Origin: an uncultured beta proteobacterium
GTDB lineage: Bacteria > Pseudomonadota > Gammaproteobacteria > Burkholderiales > Burkholderiaceae
Assembly: GCA_963738755.1 (NCBI GenBank)
Contig: CAVTXZ010000011.1
Location: 39,841-103,840, forward strand
Reading direction: 5' to 3'
Length of the DNA: 64,000 bases
The notes under the pieces were generated by a model. The model was not told the DNA's origin, did not search any database, and saw only the letters and a list, made by a program, of their open reading frames with translations. Shown here in pieces: positions 1 to 10,778 of the stretch. The translations under genes were made by a program, and so were the position numbers. Numbering within the stretch: position 1 is the first letter of the stretch; every line of letters starts with the position of its first letter.

Positions 1-3000
1 TGCTTGCCGTCACCGTTTTTATCATCGTCGCCACCATGGTGGTGCAGTTTGTGCGTCACCTCGTCGAGCTTATCGCCAAGCAGTCGGCGCACGACCACAT
101 AGAACACCGGAATCAGCAACAGCCCGAGAAAGGTCGCGAACAGCATGCCGCCGATCACACCGGTGCCGATTTCGTGACGCGAAGCAGCGCCCGCGCCCGA
201 CGAGATAACGAGTGGAAACACGCCGAGGATGAACGCCATGGAGGTCATCAGGATTGGACGCAGTCGCAGACGCGCCGCGCTCATGACGGCATCGCGCAGC
301 GTCATCCCATGCGTCTGCCCCTCCACTGCGAACTCGACGATCAGAATCGCGTTTTTCGCGGCGAGACCGATCACCGTGACGAGGCCGATCTTGAAGTAGA
401 TATCGTTCGGCACGCCGAACGACAGACAGAACACCAGCATGCCAAGCATGCCGAGCGGCACGACGAGCAGCACCGCAGCCGGAATCGACCAGCTTTCATA
501 CAGCGCCGCGAGACAGAGAAACACGACCAGGATCGACAGCATCAGCAACGTCGTGGCTGATGAGCCCGACAGAAGCTCCTGGAACGACTGCCCCGTCCAG
601 TCCGCCGCGAAACCCGTCGGCAACTGGCGGTTGACGATGTTCTGCAGCACATCGATCGCCTGTCCGGTCGAATAGCCGGTGGCGGAGTTACCGACAATCT
701 CGATCGCCGAGTAACCGTTATAGCGCGGCAGCACCGTCGGCCCGAAGGTCCATCGGGCATTCACCACGCTGGAGAGCGGCACCATGTTGTAAGGGCTGAT
801 CGACGTATTCGCGGGCGACGGATCGACCGGCGTCGCGAAACCGTTCAACGCAGTCGCGCTGCCCGATGACGGCTTGCTCGCCGTCGAGCCGGTGCCGCCG
901 CCGTTCGTGAACAAGCTCGGTGTGTACAGGTGCTGCAGCGCGTCGAGCGACATCCGGTATGGCGCGTCTGCCTGGAGATAGACGCGCTTCACGCGCCCGC
1001 CGTAAGTGAACTGGTTGACGTAAAACGGCGCGAGCTCCATCCGCAGCGTGTCGTAGACATCGGTCAGCGACAGCCCCATCGCTTCGGCCTGGGTACGGTC
1101 TACCGCGACGTCCAGTTGCGGTGCGCTTGGCAGCGAGTTAGGGCGAATCCCGAATAACGCCGGGCTCTTCGCCCGCCGCCGTGAGCAGCGTGCGCTCGGC
1201 CTCGCCGAGTTCCTCGCGCGACTGGCCGCCGCGCGCCTGCAGATACATGTCGATACCGCCGAACTGGCTCAGACCACGAATGGTCGGCAGATTCACCGCG
1301 AAGATCTGCGCGTCCGTAACGGAATGCAGGATGCCGTTGATCCGCGGAATCAATTGCATCGCGGTTGCAGAGCGCTTGTCCCAGTCCGCCAGCTTGATGA
1401 ACGACATGCCGACGTTTTCGCTCGTGCCGACAAAGCTGAAGCCTTCCGGCTGGAAAATGCCCACGATGTCCTTGCCGACCGCACTGTTCGTGAGCTTGTC
1501 GCGCACCTCGCCCATCACGTGATCGGTTTGCTCCAGCGTCGAGCCGGGCGGCAGATTGATAAGCGCGAGCACGAAGCCCTGGTCTTCGTCGGGTACGAAA
1601 CTGGTCGGCAGCTTCGTATAAAGAAAGCCCGTCAGCACCACGACCAGCACGAACACCACCATCCAGCGTGGCGCATGCGTCACGGCCCGGCCGGCATGGC
1701 CGAGATATTTTTTCGACGTCCAGTCAAAGGTCCTGTCGAACCAGCGGTAGAACGCGTTCTTCTTCGTCTCGTGCTCGGGCCTCAGGATCGCCGCGCACAG
1801 CGAAGGCGTGAACGACATCGCGAGGAACGCGGAGAATCCCATCGACACCGCGATCGTCAGCGCGAACTGCGCATAGATGATGCCGGTCGCACCCGGCTGC
1901 AGCGCGGACGGCACGAACACCGCGGACAGCACCACCGTGATCGCGACAATGGCGCCGGTGATCTGGCCCATCGCCTTGCGGGTCGCCGCTCTGGGCTCCA
2001 GATGCTCTTCGGTCATGATGCGTTCGACGTTTTCGATCACGACGATCGCATCGTCGACGACGATGCCGATCGCCAGCACCATGCCGAACAGCGTCAGCTG
2101 GTTAAGCGTGTAGTGCAGCGCCGACAGGCCGATGAAGGTCCCGAGCAGCGCGACCGGAATGACGAGCGTCGGGATGATCGTGGCCCGCAAATTCTGCAGA
2201 AAGATCAGCATCACGAAAAACACCAGCACGATCGCCTCGATGAGCGTGCGGATCACATCGATGATCGACGCAGTGATAAACGGCGTCGTGTCGTACGGCA
2301 CGCTCCACGTGACGCCTTCGGGCAGGTCCCGCGCCAGTATCGCCATCTCGGCTTTGACCGCCTTCGCGACCGCCAGCGCGTTCGCACCCGGCAGCAGGAA
2401 GACCGCCATCCCCCCGGCCGCCTTGCCGTTATAGACGGGCGCGAAGCCATACGTCTGCGAGCCGAACGAAATGCGGGCCACGTCGCTGAGCTTGACGGTG
2501 GTGCCGTTGCTGTTCGCCACGACAATGATGTCCTGAAACTGCTTGAGCGACGAAAAGAGGCGGTCGCCCGTCACGGTCGCCGTAAACACCTGCCCCTTCA
2601 CGGCCGGATCCGAGCCTAGCGCGCCGGCTGCGAACTGCGCATTCTGCCCACTCACCGCATTGAGCACCTGGGTCGTCGATAGCCCGTAGCTTTGCAGCTT
2701 GTCGGGGTCGAGCCAGATGCGCATGGCGTACTCGGAGCCGAGCAGCGTGGTGTTGCCGACCCCGGTCACGCGGCCAATATTAGGCTGGATCTGCGACGCG
2801 AGAATATCGCTCAACCGCCCTGCATCGATCGACGGGTTGTCCGACTGCAACGCAACGAACAGCAGGATGTCCGGACTCGCCTTCGCCACCACGACGCCTT
2901 GCTGCGTGACCTGGGTCGGCAGCAGCGGCTCGGCGAGCGTGACCTTGTTCTGCACCTGCACCTGGGCGATGTCCGGGTTGGTGCCCGTCGCGAACGTGAG

Positions 3001-3273
3001 GATGATCTGGGTCTGTCCATTCGAACTCGACGACGAACTGAAATACAGCAGATTGTCGATGCCGGTGAGTTGCTGTTCGATCACCTGGGTCACCGTCGAT
3101 TCCATCGTCTGGGCGCTCGCACCCGGATAATTCGCAGTCACGGTCACTTCGGGCGGCGCGATATCCGGGTACGAATCGATCCCCATGCTGTGCACCGAGA
3201 TGATGCCGAACAGCGAGATCAGGATCGCAATGACCCACGCGAAGACGGGGCGGTTGATGAAAAAACTCGGCAT
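1..3273 (-). CDS. RND multidrug efflux transporter permease (AcrB/MexB family); one +1 frameshift near 1172; C-terminus runs off the window start
   Basis: Starts MPSFFINRPVFAWVIAI and contains GIVVDDAIVVIENVERI. After the extra C at ~1172 the frame continues to GLAAKNAILIVEFA and RLRPILMTSMAFILGV. Confidence 0.95.
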
Positions 3274-3283
3274 GGGCGCTCTC

Positions 3284-4543
3284 CTACTGCGCCGCGCCGG
3301 CCGAAGCCGACGGTGCCGTGGAACCCGACGCAGCAGCGGCTCCCGACGCCTGCGCAGCCGGCGCCGCGGATACCGCCGCGGCCGACGCACCTGAAGCCGC
3401 CGCAGGCGGCTGCCACGCGACGACCTTTGCCGGCGCCCCTTGCTTCGCCATTTGCACGCCTGTCACGATGACCTGGTCGCCGTCCGCCAGCCCGCGCGTC
3501 ACGATCCAGTTGTTGCCGAGACTATTGGTCGCCTCGACCTCCTTGCGCGCCATCTTGTTGTCGCCGCCGACCACCATGACGTATGCGCCGGTGGTATCGC
3601 GCTGCACCGATTGCTGCGGAATCAGATACACGTTGTTCTGCCGGCCGAAATCGACAGTCAGCGTCACGAACATGCCCGGCAGCAGACGCCGCTGCGGATT
3701 CGCGACGAGCGCGCGCATGTTGATCGAGCCGGTCGAAGCATTGACCGTGACGTCGGAGAAATCGAGCGTACCCGCCGTGCCGTACGATATACCGTTGGGC
3801 AGCCCGATCCGCACTGGGGTGCGGTTCTGTTGCGAGAGATCGACCGAGCCGCTGGTCTGGGACTGCTGCAGTGTCGCCAGATCCGCAGAGCTGATCGTGA
3901 AGTTCACGTACATCGGATCGATCTGCTGGACCGTCGTCAGCAGCGTGCCGCTACCACCCGAGTCGGATGTACCGGAGCCGACCACCGCGCCCGCGGTCGC
4001 CTGCTGTTGTCCGGCGATCCCGGTGATCGGCGACGTCACGCGCGTGTAGTTGAGCGAAATCCGCGCGCTCTCGACGGTCGCTTCGTCAGCCTTCACCTTG
4101 GCCGCCGCGCTGCGTTCGGCGGCATCGGAATTGTCGACGGTCTGCTGCGAAACCGAGCCCACCGGCAGCAGCTTGCGATTGCGCGCGGCCGTAATGTGAT
4201 CGTTGACGTAGGTGGCCTGATCCTGGGCCAGGAGGGCAAGATCGTTATTGAGCTGCGCGCGGTAAAAGACCGGATCGATCTCGAACAGCAGTTGCCCGGC
4301 GCGCACCTGGGCGCCTTCCGTGTAGGTACGCCGCAGCAGCACACCGGCCACGCGGGCCGTGACGTTCGCGCTGTAGTAAGCCGAAAGCCGGCCGACAAAC
4401 TGGCGCTCGAGCGGGACCGATTGCGATTGCGCCTTCACCACCGCAACCTGCGTGGGTCCAGGGGGTGGCGCGCTTTTCGAGCAGGCGGCGAGTACGATCA
4501 GACACAGATACGACAGCGTCGCGCGCTGAGGACGTGACTTCAT
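3284..4543 (-). CDS. RND efflux periplasmic adaptor (membrane fusion protein, AcrA family), lipoprotein
   Basis: Lipobox LAAC, lipoyl motif ARVAGVLLRRTYTEGAQVRAGQLLFEIDP, SPITG and LLPGMFV; lies between the outer-membrane factor and RND genes. Confidence 0.93.
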   Translation of the reverse strand: MKSRPQRATLSYLCLIVLAACSKSAPPPGPTQVAVVKAQSQSVPLERQFVGRLSAYYSANVTARVAGVLLRRTYTEGAQVRAGQLLFEIDPVFYRAQLNNDLALLAQDQATYVNDHITAARNRKLLPVGSVSQQTVDNSDAAERSAAAKVKADEATVESARISLNYTRVTSPITGIAGQQQATAGAVVGSGTSDSGGSGTLLTTVQQIDPMYVNFTISSADLATLQQSQTSGSVDLSQQNRTPVRIGLPNGISYGTAGTLDFSDVTVNASTGSINMRALVANPQRRLLPGMFVTLTVDFGRQNNVYLIPQQSVQRDTTGAYVMVVGGDNKMARKEVEATNSLGNNWIVTRGLADGDQVIVTGVQMAKQGAPAKVVAWQPPAAASGASAAAVSAAPAAQASGAAAASGSTAPSASAGAAQ

Positions 4544-4618
4544 GAGAACTCCGTTCTTGCTTGAGGCCGGCACGCGCGGGCTTCGCGGTATGCCGGACCA
4601 TAGGAAGCAGCAGGCGGG

Positions 4619-6121
4619 TCAGTCTGCCGACCGCGCCGCGGCAGGTGTCACTGCCGTGCCTGAAGCGGACGATGAAGCGGAAGCCGGCGCCGACGCAACC
4701 TCGGCGTCATCGCGCTGCCACCCACCGCCAAGATTCTTGACGAGCAACACGTTGCTCTCGGCGAGGAGCGCCTGCGTGTCGCGCACGCTCTCCTCTGCCT
4801 GGATCAACGTCAGCCGTTGCGACAGCACACTCTGCTCGCTGACCGCGCCGGCACTGAACTGCGCCTGTTCACTTGCAAACAGCCGACTACTGCTGTCGTA
4901 CACCTGCGCGAACGCATTGGCCTGCGCCCGCAAGTGATTCATCGACGACAGGCTATCTTCCACACTCTGGAACGCCGTCAGCACCGTATTGCGGTAGTTC
5001 GCAACATCCTGGTCGTAGGTCGCACGCGCGCCGTGTACGGCCGCCGTGCGCGCGCCGGCGTCGAAAATCGTTTCCGCGAGATCGGGGCCGAGCGTCCAGA
5101 AGCGGCTCGGCAACGAGAAGAGATGCGCGAACGTGTTGTGCGCGAAACCGCCCTCGGCCGAGAGCGTCACCGTCGGAAAGAACGCAGCCTCGGCTACGCC
5201 GATCTTCGCATTGGCCGCCGCTGCTGTGCGCTCGGCACTCACGACGTCGTAGCGCCGTTCGAGCAATTGCGAAGGAAGCGCGGCCGGCACGGCGGGCGCC
5301 GCGAACCGGTAGTCCGGATCGGGCGCAATCGCGAATGACCCCGGCGGCGTGCCGGTCAGCACGGCAATGGCGTGCTCGTCCTGCTCGCGTATCGTTTCGG
5401 TCGCTTGCAAGTCGGCGATCACAATCTGAATGTTCTGCTGCGCGGTGAGCACGTCGTCGCTCGATGCCAGACCTTCTGCGAAGCCGGCTTGCGTCATCGC
5501 GAGAATCCGGCCGTAGATGTCCTGCTGCTCCTTCAACATGCGCGTGTCGAAGTCCGCCTGCCGGAGCTGGAAGTAGTCGGTCGCGACACTCGCCGCAATG
5601 GAGATGCGTTCGCCTGCCAGCTGCGCATCGGAGGCCTGCGCGCTCGCTTTCGCCGACTCGATCTGGCGCCGTATCTCGCCCCATAGATCCAGTTCCCAAC
5701 TCACGGCCCCGCTGACGACGACGTGATTGCCGGCCGTGGAAGTCGACGAGCCCGAGCCTCCTGTTGCGAGCCCTTCGATGTTGCCGCCGGAGCGCGCAGC
5801 GGATACGCCGAGACTAACGAGCGGAAACAGACTCGCCCGGTTGGCCTCGACGGTTGCGAGCGCGACGCGGTAAGCGGCTTCAGCCGCCGCTATCGACTGG
5901 TTTGCCTGCAGCGCCTGCTCGACGAGACCATTGAGCGTCTCGTCTCCATACATGCGCCACCATGTGCTCGAGATCGCGGCTTGCGGATTCGCCTCGGCGC
6001 GCTGCCAGTCGACGGCTTCTTTGAATCCTTCCGGCACCTGGACCTCGGGCTTGCGATAGTCCGGGCCGACCATGCACGCCGCAAGGGACGCGGCAAGCAC
6101 GAGCGCGATGCCGACCTTCAT
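4619..6121 (-). CDS. Efflux outer-membrane factor lipoprotein (NodT/OprM family)
   Basis: LAACMVGPDY lipobox, SWELDLWG, PSQLLERRYDVVSAE and C-terminal LGGGW. Confidence 0.93.
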   Translation of the reverse strand: MKVGIALVLAASLAACMVGPDYRKPEVQVPEGFKEAVDWQRAEANPQAAISSTWWRMYGDETLNGLVEQALQANQSIAAAEAAYRVALATVEANRASLFPLVSLGVSAARSGGNIEGLATGGSGSSTSTAGNHVVVSGAVSWELDLWGEIRRQIESAKASAQASDAQLAGERISIAASVATDYFQLRQADFDTRMLKEQQDIYGRILAMTQAGFAEGLASSDDVLTAQQNIQIVIADLQATETIREQDEHAIAVLTGTPPGSFAIAPDPDYRFAAPAVPAALPSQLLERRYDVVSAERTAAAANAKIGVAEAAFFPTVTLSAEGGFAHNTFAHLFSLPSRFWTLGPDLAETIFDAGARTAAVHGARATYDQDVANYRNTVLTAFQSVEDSLSSMNHLRAQANAFAQVYDSSSRLFASEQAQFSAGAVSEQSVLSQRLTLIQAEESVRDTQALLAESNVLLVKNLGGGWQRDDAEVASAPASASSSASGTAVTPAAARSAD

Positions 6122-6605
6122 CGTGCGTCGCGATCGGGAGCGCACAATGTTTTTGTAAGCGGAGCCAGAGGTACGCGAATCACCTTTCAAGTGGATTCCC
6201 CTGCTTGCCGGATCAGCGGTCAAATTACCCAATAAAACATACTCTAGCGAGATAACGTGCGCCTTGTATATTTAAGCAGCTAAGAAAAGCGTCGATCGGG
6301 ACCCTTGCTGCCAACTTCACCAGACTGCATTGGCGCTGCCGCTTGATACGGGCGGGGCTGCCCACGCCTGCGGCACAATGTGCGCCATTCTTTCCGAAGT
6401 CAGTATGGTTTAAAAAACGGGCACATGTGACGCAAAATGAGTCGCTGCCTGTTGCAACGTCGCTGACGAAAACTGCCAGGGAGAACTTCCAATTCCTTAC
6501 AAAAACATTAATTCCGCAACCGGCGAAAGTCTGGCGATATTGACAGAACACGATGGCAGATCATGGCCAACGCGCTCTCGCACGACATGACGAAACGCTG
6601 TCAAG

Positions 6606-7310
6606 TCACGGTTCCGGATCGCCAAGACTGGCTGCGCGCAACCGGTCGAAATCCAGAATGGCGATTTCCCCGGATTTCAGGCTCAATATCTGTTGGCTCT
6701 CGAGGTTCCTGAGCAATTGATTCGTGGTCTGTCGCGACAGCGACACCATTGAAGCCAGGCTGTCCTGCGAGACCCTTATCCTGCTCTGCGAGGCGTTGAG
6801 ACCGCCATACCCTCCAGCGATCATCAACAAACGGTTGGCCACGCGTTGTGGCGCGGGCAGCAGGCTCATCGCTTCGGCGTTCTCGAATAAAACCCGAAGT
6901 CGTTGCGCCATCAACAACGCAAAATCGCGCCAATAGCGGGGCGTAGCGTCGAGCACACTTTTTAGCGCGGCTTCGGGTACGTGCAGCAGAAGCGTCCTGC
7001 TGACGGCGGTGGCGTCGTTCGGGCGTGGCAGCCCGTCGAACAGCGAGATTTCCCCCAGCCATGCAGTCGGTCCGAGCACCGCGAGCAACGCCTCTTTCCC
7101 ATTCAACCCGATAGTGCCGATAGCAAGTGCGCCGCCCAGCACAGCGTACAACCCATAAGACTGTTCGCCGCGCCGATACAGGAATTGACCCTTCTCCAGC
7201 GTGAGCAAGGTGGCATGGCTGATCAGATAGTCCCGCAACTCGACGGGCAGGCCCCGGAACCACGGAGTCGTTTCGAGTTGGGTTCGGTAGCGGTGCAGGC
7301 TGGATTCCAT
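6606..7310 (-). CDS. Crp/Fnr family transcriptional regulator
   Basis: cNMP-binding domain (YRRGE...WLGEISLFDGLPR) and C-terminal HTH SQDSLASMVSLSRQTTNQLL. Confidence 0.92.
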   Translation of the reverse strand: MESSLHRYRTQLETTPWFRGLPVELRDYLISHATLLTLEKGQFLYRRGEQSYGLYAVLGGALAIGTIGLNGKEALLAVLGPTAWLGEISLFDGLPRPNDATAVSRTLLLHVPEAALKSVLDATPRYWRDFALLMAQRLRVLFENAEAMSLLPAPQRVANRLLMIAGGYGGLNASQSRIRVSQDSLASMVSLSRQTTNQLLRNLESQQILSLKSGEIAILDFDRLRAASLGDPEP

Positions 7311-7322
7311 TGGCGCGTCGTG

Positions 7323-7340
7323 CTGTCGGGTATCTGACAG
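7323..7340. promoter_or_regulatory. Imperfect palindrome CTGTCGG-GTAT-CTGACAG, candidate operator of the adjacent Crp regulator
   Basis: 6/7 inverted repeat about 12 bp upstream of the Crp start, in the divergent intergenic region. Confidence 0.35.
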
Positions 7341-7512
7341 ATTTTAGGCGGGTTCGCGACCATCATGTGGACTCGCATCCGACTACGCGATGACTCTGGT
7401 CCTCGACAGCACCCGCTGCGTCGCAAGGTCGTAAAGCGCGAAATCACAGGGCGTTATCCTGCGTTGTGTTGAGTTATTCCATCGCCTGAATCCTCGAATA
7501 AGGAGTGTCGAC

Positions 7513-8280
7513 GTGGCCTCATCTGATATCAGTCTGAAGAACGATGTATCACCCGCCGAATGGGAAGCGCGAGTCAATCTGGCAGCGGCCTACCGGCTCA
7601 CTGCGTTGTTTGGGTGGGACGATCTGGTGTTCACCCACATCTCGGTGCGCGTGCCCGGCCCCGAGCATCATTTCCTGATCAACCCGTACGGCATGATGTT
7701 CGACGAAATCACTGCGTCGTCGCTGGTCAAGATCGACCTCGACGGCCGCAAGGTTGCCAAATCGCAGTATGACGTCAACCCGGCCGGCTTCACGATCCAC
7801 AGCGCCGTGCATGCGGCCCGCGAAGACGCCCATTGCGTGATGCATACGCACTCGGTCAACGGCGTTGCGGTGTCGGCGCAGGAGGCGGGACTGCTGCCGC
7901 TCTCGCAGCAATCGCTCGGGGTGCTGGCATCGCTCGGCTATCACGACTACGAGGGCATCGCACTCAATGAAGCCGAAAAGCCGCGGCTCGTTCGAGACCT
8001 CGGAAGCAATACCTACCTGATGCTGCGCAACCACGGTCTGCTGACGGTTGGCGCGACGCCGGCGGATGCCTTCGTAGCGATGTACTTCTTCGAGGCGGCC
8101 TGCATGATTCAGGTGCGGGCCCAGTCTGGCGGCGCCAGGCTGACGCCGATCGCGCAGCCGATTCTCGAAGGCATCAAGGAGCAGATCGCGCTGGCGACGC
8201 GGGGCGTGACGCCAGGAGCGCTGGTGTGGCCCGGACTACTGCGCCGGCTCGACCGACGCAACCCCGGATACACCGACTAA
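7513..8280 (+). CDS. Class II aldolase/adducin family protein
   Basis: THISVRVPG, FLINPYG, GFTIHSAVH, HTHS and LRNHG metal-binding histidines; GTG start after an AAGGAG RBS. Confidence 0.92.
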   Translation: MASSDISLKNDVSPAEWEARVNLAAAYRLTALFGWDDLVFTHISVRVPGPEHHFLINPYGMMFDEITASSLVKIDLDGRKVAKSQYDVNPAGFTIHSAVHAAREDAHCVMHTHSVNGVAVSAQEAGLLPLSQQSLGVLASLGYHDYEGIALNEAEKPRLVRDLGSNTYLMLRNHGLLTVGATPADAFVAMYFFEAACMIQVRAQSGGARLTPIAQPILEGIKEQIALATRGVTPGALVWPGLLRRLDRRNPGYTD

Positions 8281-8405
8281 CGCCGTCCGTTCGCACGATG
8301 CGCTACAGACGCTGACGTGCGCTGAACGAACGATGTAAGCGTCATGGGCGGCATTTGTAATTCAACGCATCGCGGATGCAACTGATTGGGTCACTGAGAA
8401 CCTGT

Positions 8406-9450
8406 ATGGCAAAGATCTTTATCTACGGCGCCGGCTCTATCGGCTGTTATGTCGGCGGACGACTTCTCGCCGGGGGCGCCGACGTCCGTTTCATTGGACG
8501 TGCTCGCGTGGCCGATCAGTTGCGCAGTGCGGGCATCACGCTGTCGCGGCACGACAATCGCCGCTGGCATGTCCCGCCGGAGCAAACCGACGTATCGACC
8601 GACGCGGCCAGCGCCGCCGCAGCCGATCTCGTGCTCGTCACCGTGAAGTCCGCCGCGACACCCACGGCGGCGGCAGAACTGGCGAACGTGCTTCGCCCCG
8701 GCACGATCGTCGTGAGCTTCCAGAACGGCATCGGCAATGCAGACGTATTGCGCGCCGCGCTGCCTCATCACACGGTGCTGGAGGGCATGGTGCCGTTCAA
8801 TGTCGTCGAACGCGGTCCCGGCGCATTTCATCAAGGCTCGGCGGGCGAGCTGGAGATCAGGCACGCGCGCGGCCATGCAGCCGTTCGTCGAAGCGTTCAA
8901 CCAGGCGGGCCTGCCGCTGATCCAGCACGTCGACATGTTGCCGGTACAGTGGGCAAAGCTGCTGCTCAACCTCAACAATGCCATTAACGCGCTAGCGAAT
9001 CGTCCTTTGAAAGAGGAGCTCTCGCAACGCGCCTATCGGCTCTGCCTCGCCATGGCGCAGAAAGAAGCGCTCGCGCTTCTGAAGCAGGCCGGCATACGGC
9101 CAGTCAAAGTGACGCCGCTTCCGACCTCCTGGATACCGCGTGTTCTCGGCGTACCTGATGCGTTGTTCGAGCGGCTGGGTCGCACGATGCTGACGATCGA
9201 TCCGCTCGCGCGCTCGTCGATGTCCGACGACCTGGCGGCGGGGCGCACCACGGAGGTCGACTGGATAAATGGCGAAGTCGTGCGCCTCGCCAAACGCCTC
9301 GGGCGAACGGCGCCGGTCAACGAACGGCTATGCCAACTCGTGCGGGAGGCCGAGCGAACCGAGGTGCGGCCATCCTGGTCGGGCGAAGCATTGCTGGCCG
9401 AGATGCGGGCTGCAGCGCGTGGCAATTCGGCACTGCACGAAAAAATCTGA
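8406..9450 (+). CDS. 2-dehydropantoate 2-reductase (PanE/ApbA) family oxidoreductase; +1 frameshift near 8868
   Basis: GAGSIG Rossmann motif, VTVKS, SFQNG, then in the next frame WAKLLLNLNN and SSMSDDLAAGRTTEVDWINGEVV. Confidence 0.88.
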
Positions 9451-9599
9451 ACGCTGGTCGTCGTAGCGATCGCGCCTCACCAGGCAACTCGCCGACACGC
9501 CACGTCCGTCTTCATACAGCGTCGGATCAAAGCGGCCACTCGTCTGCAGCGTTTGAGTTTTTGTGCAAAGAAGGCGCCGTGTACTACGCCTTTCAATGG

Positions 9600-10083
9600 C
9601 TATCCCAACTTGACCAGGTTGTGCACTGGCAACGGGCCGCCCGGAATCTGAATGAGCCGCCCCCCGCCTACGAGCGAACCCAGATCGATGCCGAAGAAGC
9701 CAAGCCGGTCGATCAGTCCGCTCACAGCCAATCTGGCATGCACGTCGTCTCCCGCGAAGAACAACACGCGGTGTCCGCCCTCGGCCTGTGGATCGTCGGA
9801 GAGCAGATGTGCCGGCAGATGATTGAACGCCTTCACAACGCGCGCGCCCGGTACGAGATCGGCGACCACTTCACTCGACGTCCGGCCATTCAATTCGGCG
9901 GGTGCGAACGTCGGCGGTTCGATCGGGTTGTTCGCGTCAATCACGATGCGTCCGCCGAAGTCCGGCAGCCCTGCCATGGCGGACGGCAGCTTCGACCAGT
10001 TCACTGCGACGAGGACGATGTCCTGCGCAGCCGCTTGTTCGCGCGTTCCCGGCGTGATTGAGGGGCCCAGTTCGCGCGCGAGG
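9600..10083 (-). pseudogene. 5'-truncated NADPH-dependent F420-reductase-like (F420_oxidored) oxidoreductase
   Basis: LARELGPSITPGTREQAAAQDIVLVAVNW, IVIDANNP and ARVVKAFNHL are present; the N-terminal GxGxxG region and start codon are missing. Confidence 0.8.
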
Positions 10084-10763
10084 CGACCGACCGCAGCGAG
10101 CCGGCTGGCGTGCTGAAAGTCAGCATGGCGCCGACGTTAGACATCACATACGTCATACAACTGCTCCCGGCGTTCCTCGCCCGCTATCCGATGATTCGTC
10201 CGGATTGGTACTTCGAGAACCGACCCGTCGACCTGATTGCAGAGGGATACGATGCGGCGCTGGGCGGTGGATTCGATCTCGCCCCGGGCGTCGTGTCGCG
10301 CCCATTGGCTGCCGCGCATCTCGTCGCGGTGGCGTCTCCGGCCTACATGGCCGGCCGCGAACCACCAGCCGATCCTGGCGATCTTGCGGCACTCGACGGC
10401 ATCGTGATGCGTTCGAGCCGCACCGGCCGCGTGCGTCATCGAACGATGCGCGACACGGCAGGCGGTGAAATGCTCGCGCAGCTCGGCGAGACCATTATGG
10501 TCAACGACCCCGCCGCGATGCGTGAAGCGGCGATGCTGGGACTGGGGGTTGCGCTACTGACCGTGTCAGACGTGCTGTCGTCGGTCGAACGGGGGGAGCT
10601 CGTACGATTGCTACCGCACTGGTACGCGGACGCCGGGGCAATTTCGATCTATTACGCCATGCGCGCGCTGCTGCCGGCGAAAACACGAGCGTTTGTCGAC
10701 TTTGTTGTCGAAGCGTTCGAGCGGGAGCGATTGGCCGAAAGGTTTGCGGGAAGCATCGAATGA
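10083..10763 (+). pseudogene. 5'-truncated LysR regulator (CrgA-like effector domain only)
   Basis: Begins at the linker EPAGVLKVSM; contains FLARYP, VDLIAEGYDAAL and PAKTRAFVDF; no HTH upstream. Confidence 0.85.
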
Positions 10764-10778
10764 GTCGAACAAATCCCC

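Noticed and set aside
3284-3410. GCC/GCG-rich quasi-repeats at the adaptor 3' end (also 4620-4700 and 51210-51240)
   Set aside because: They encode Ala/Ser/Pro low-complexity tails common in Burkholderia envelope proteins; not CRISPR or VNTR.
6225-6551. Short ORFs upstream of the efflux operon
   Set aside because: No motifs and atypical composition; most likely promoter region.
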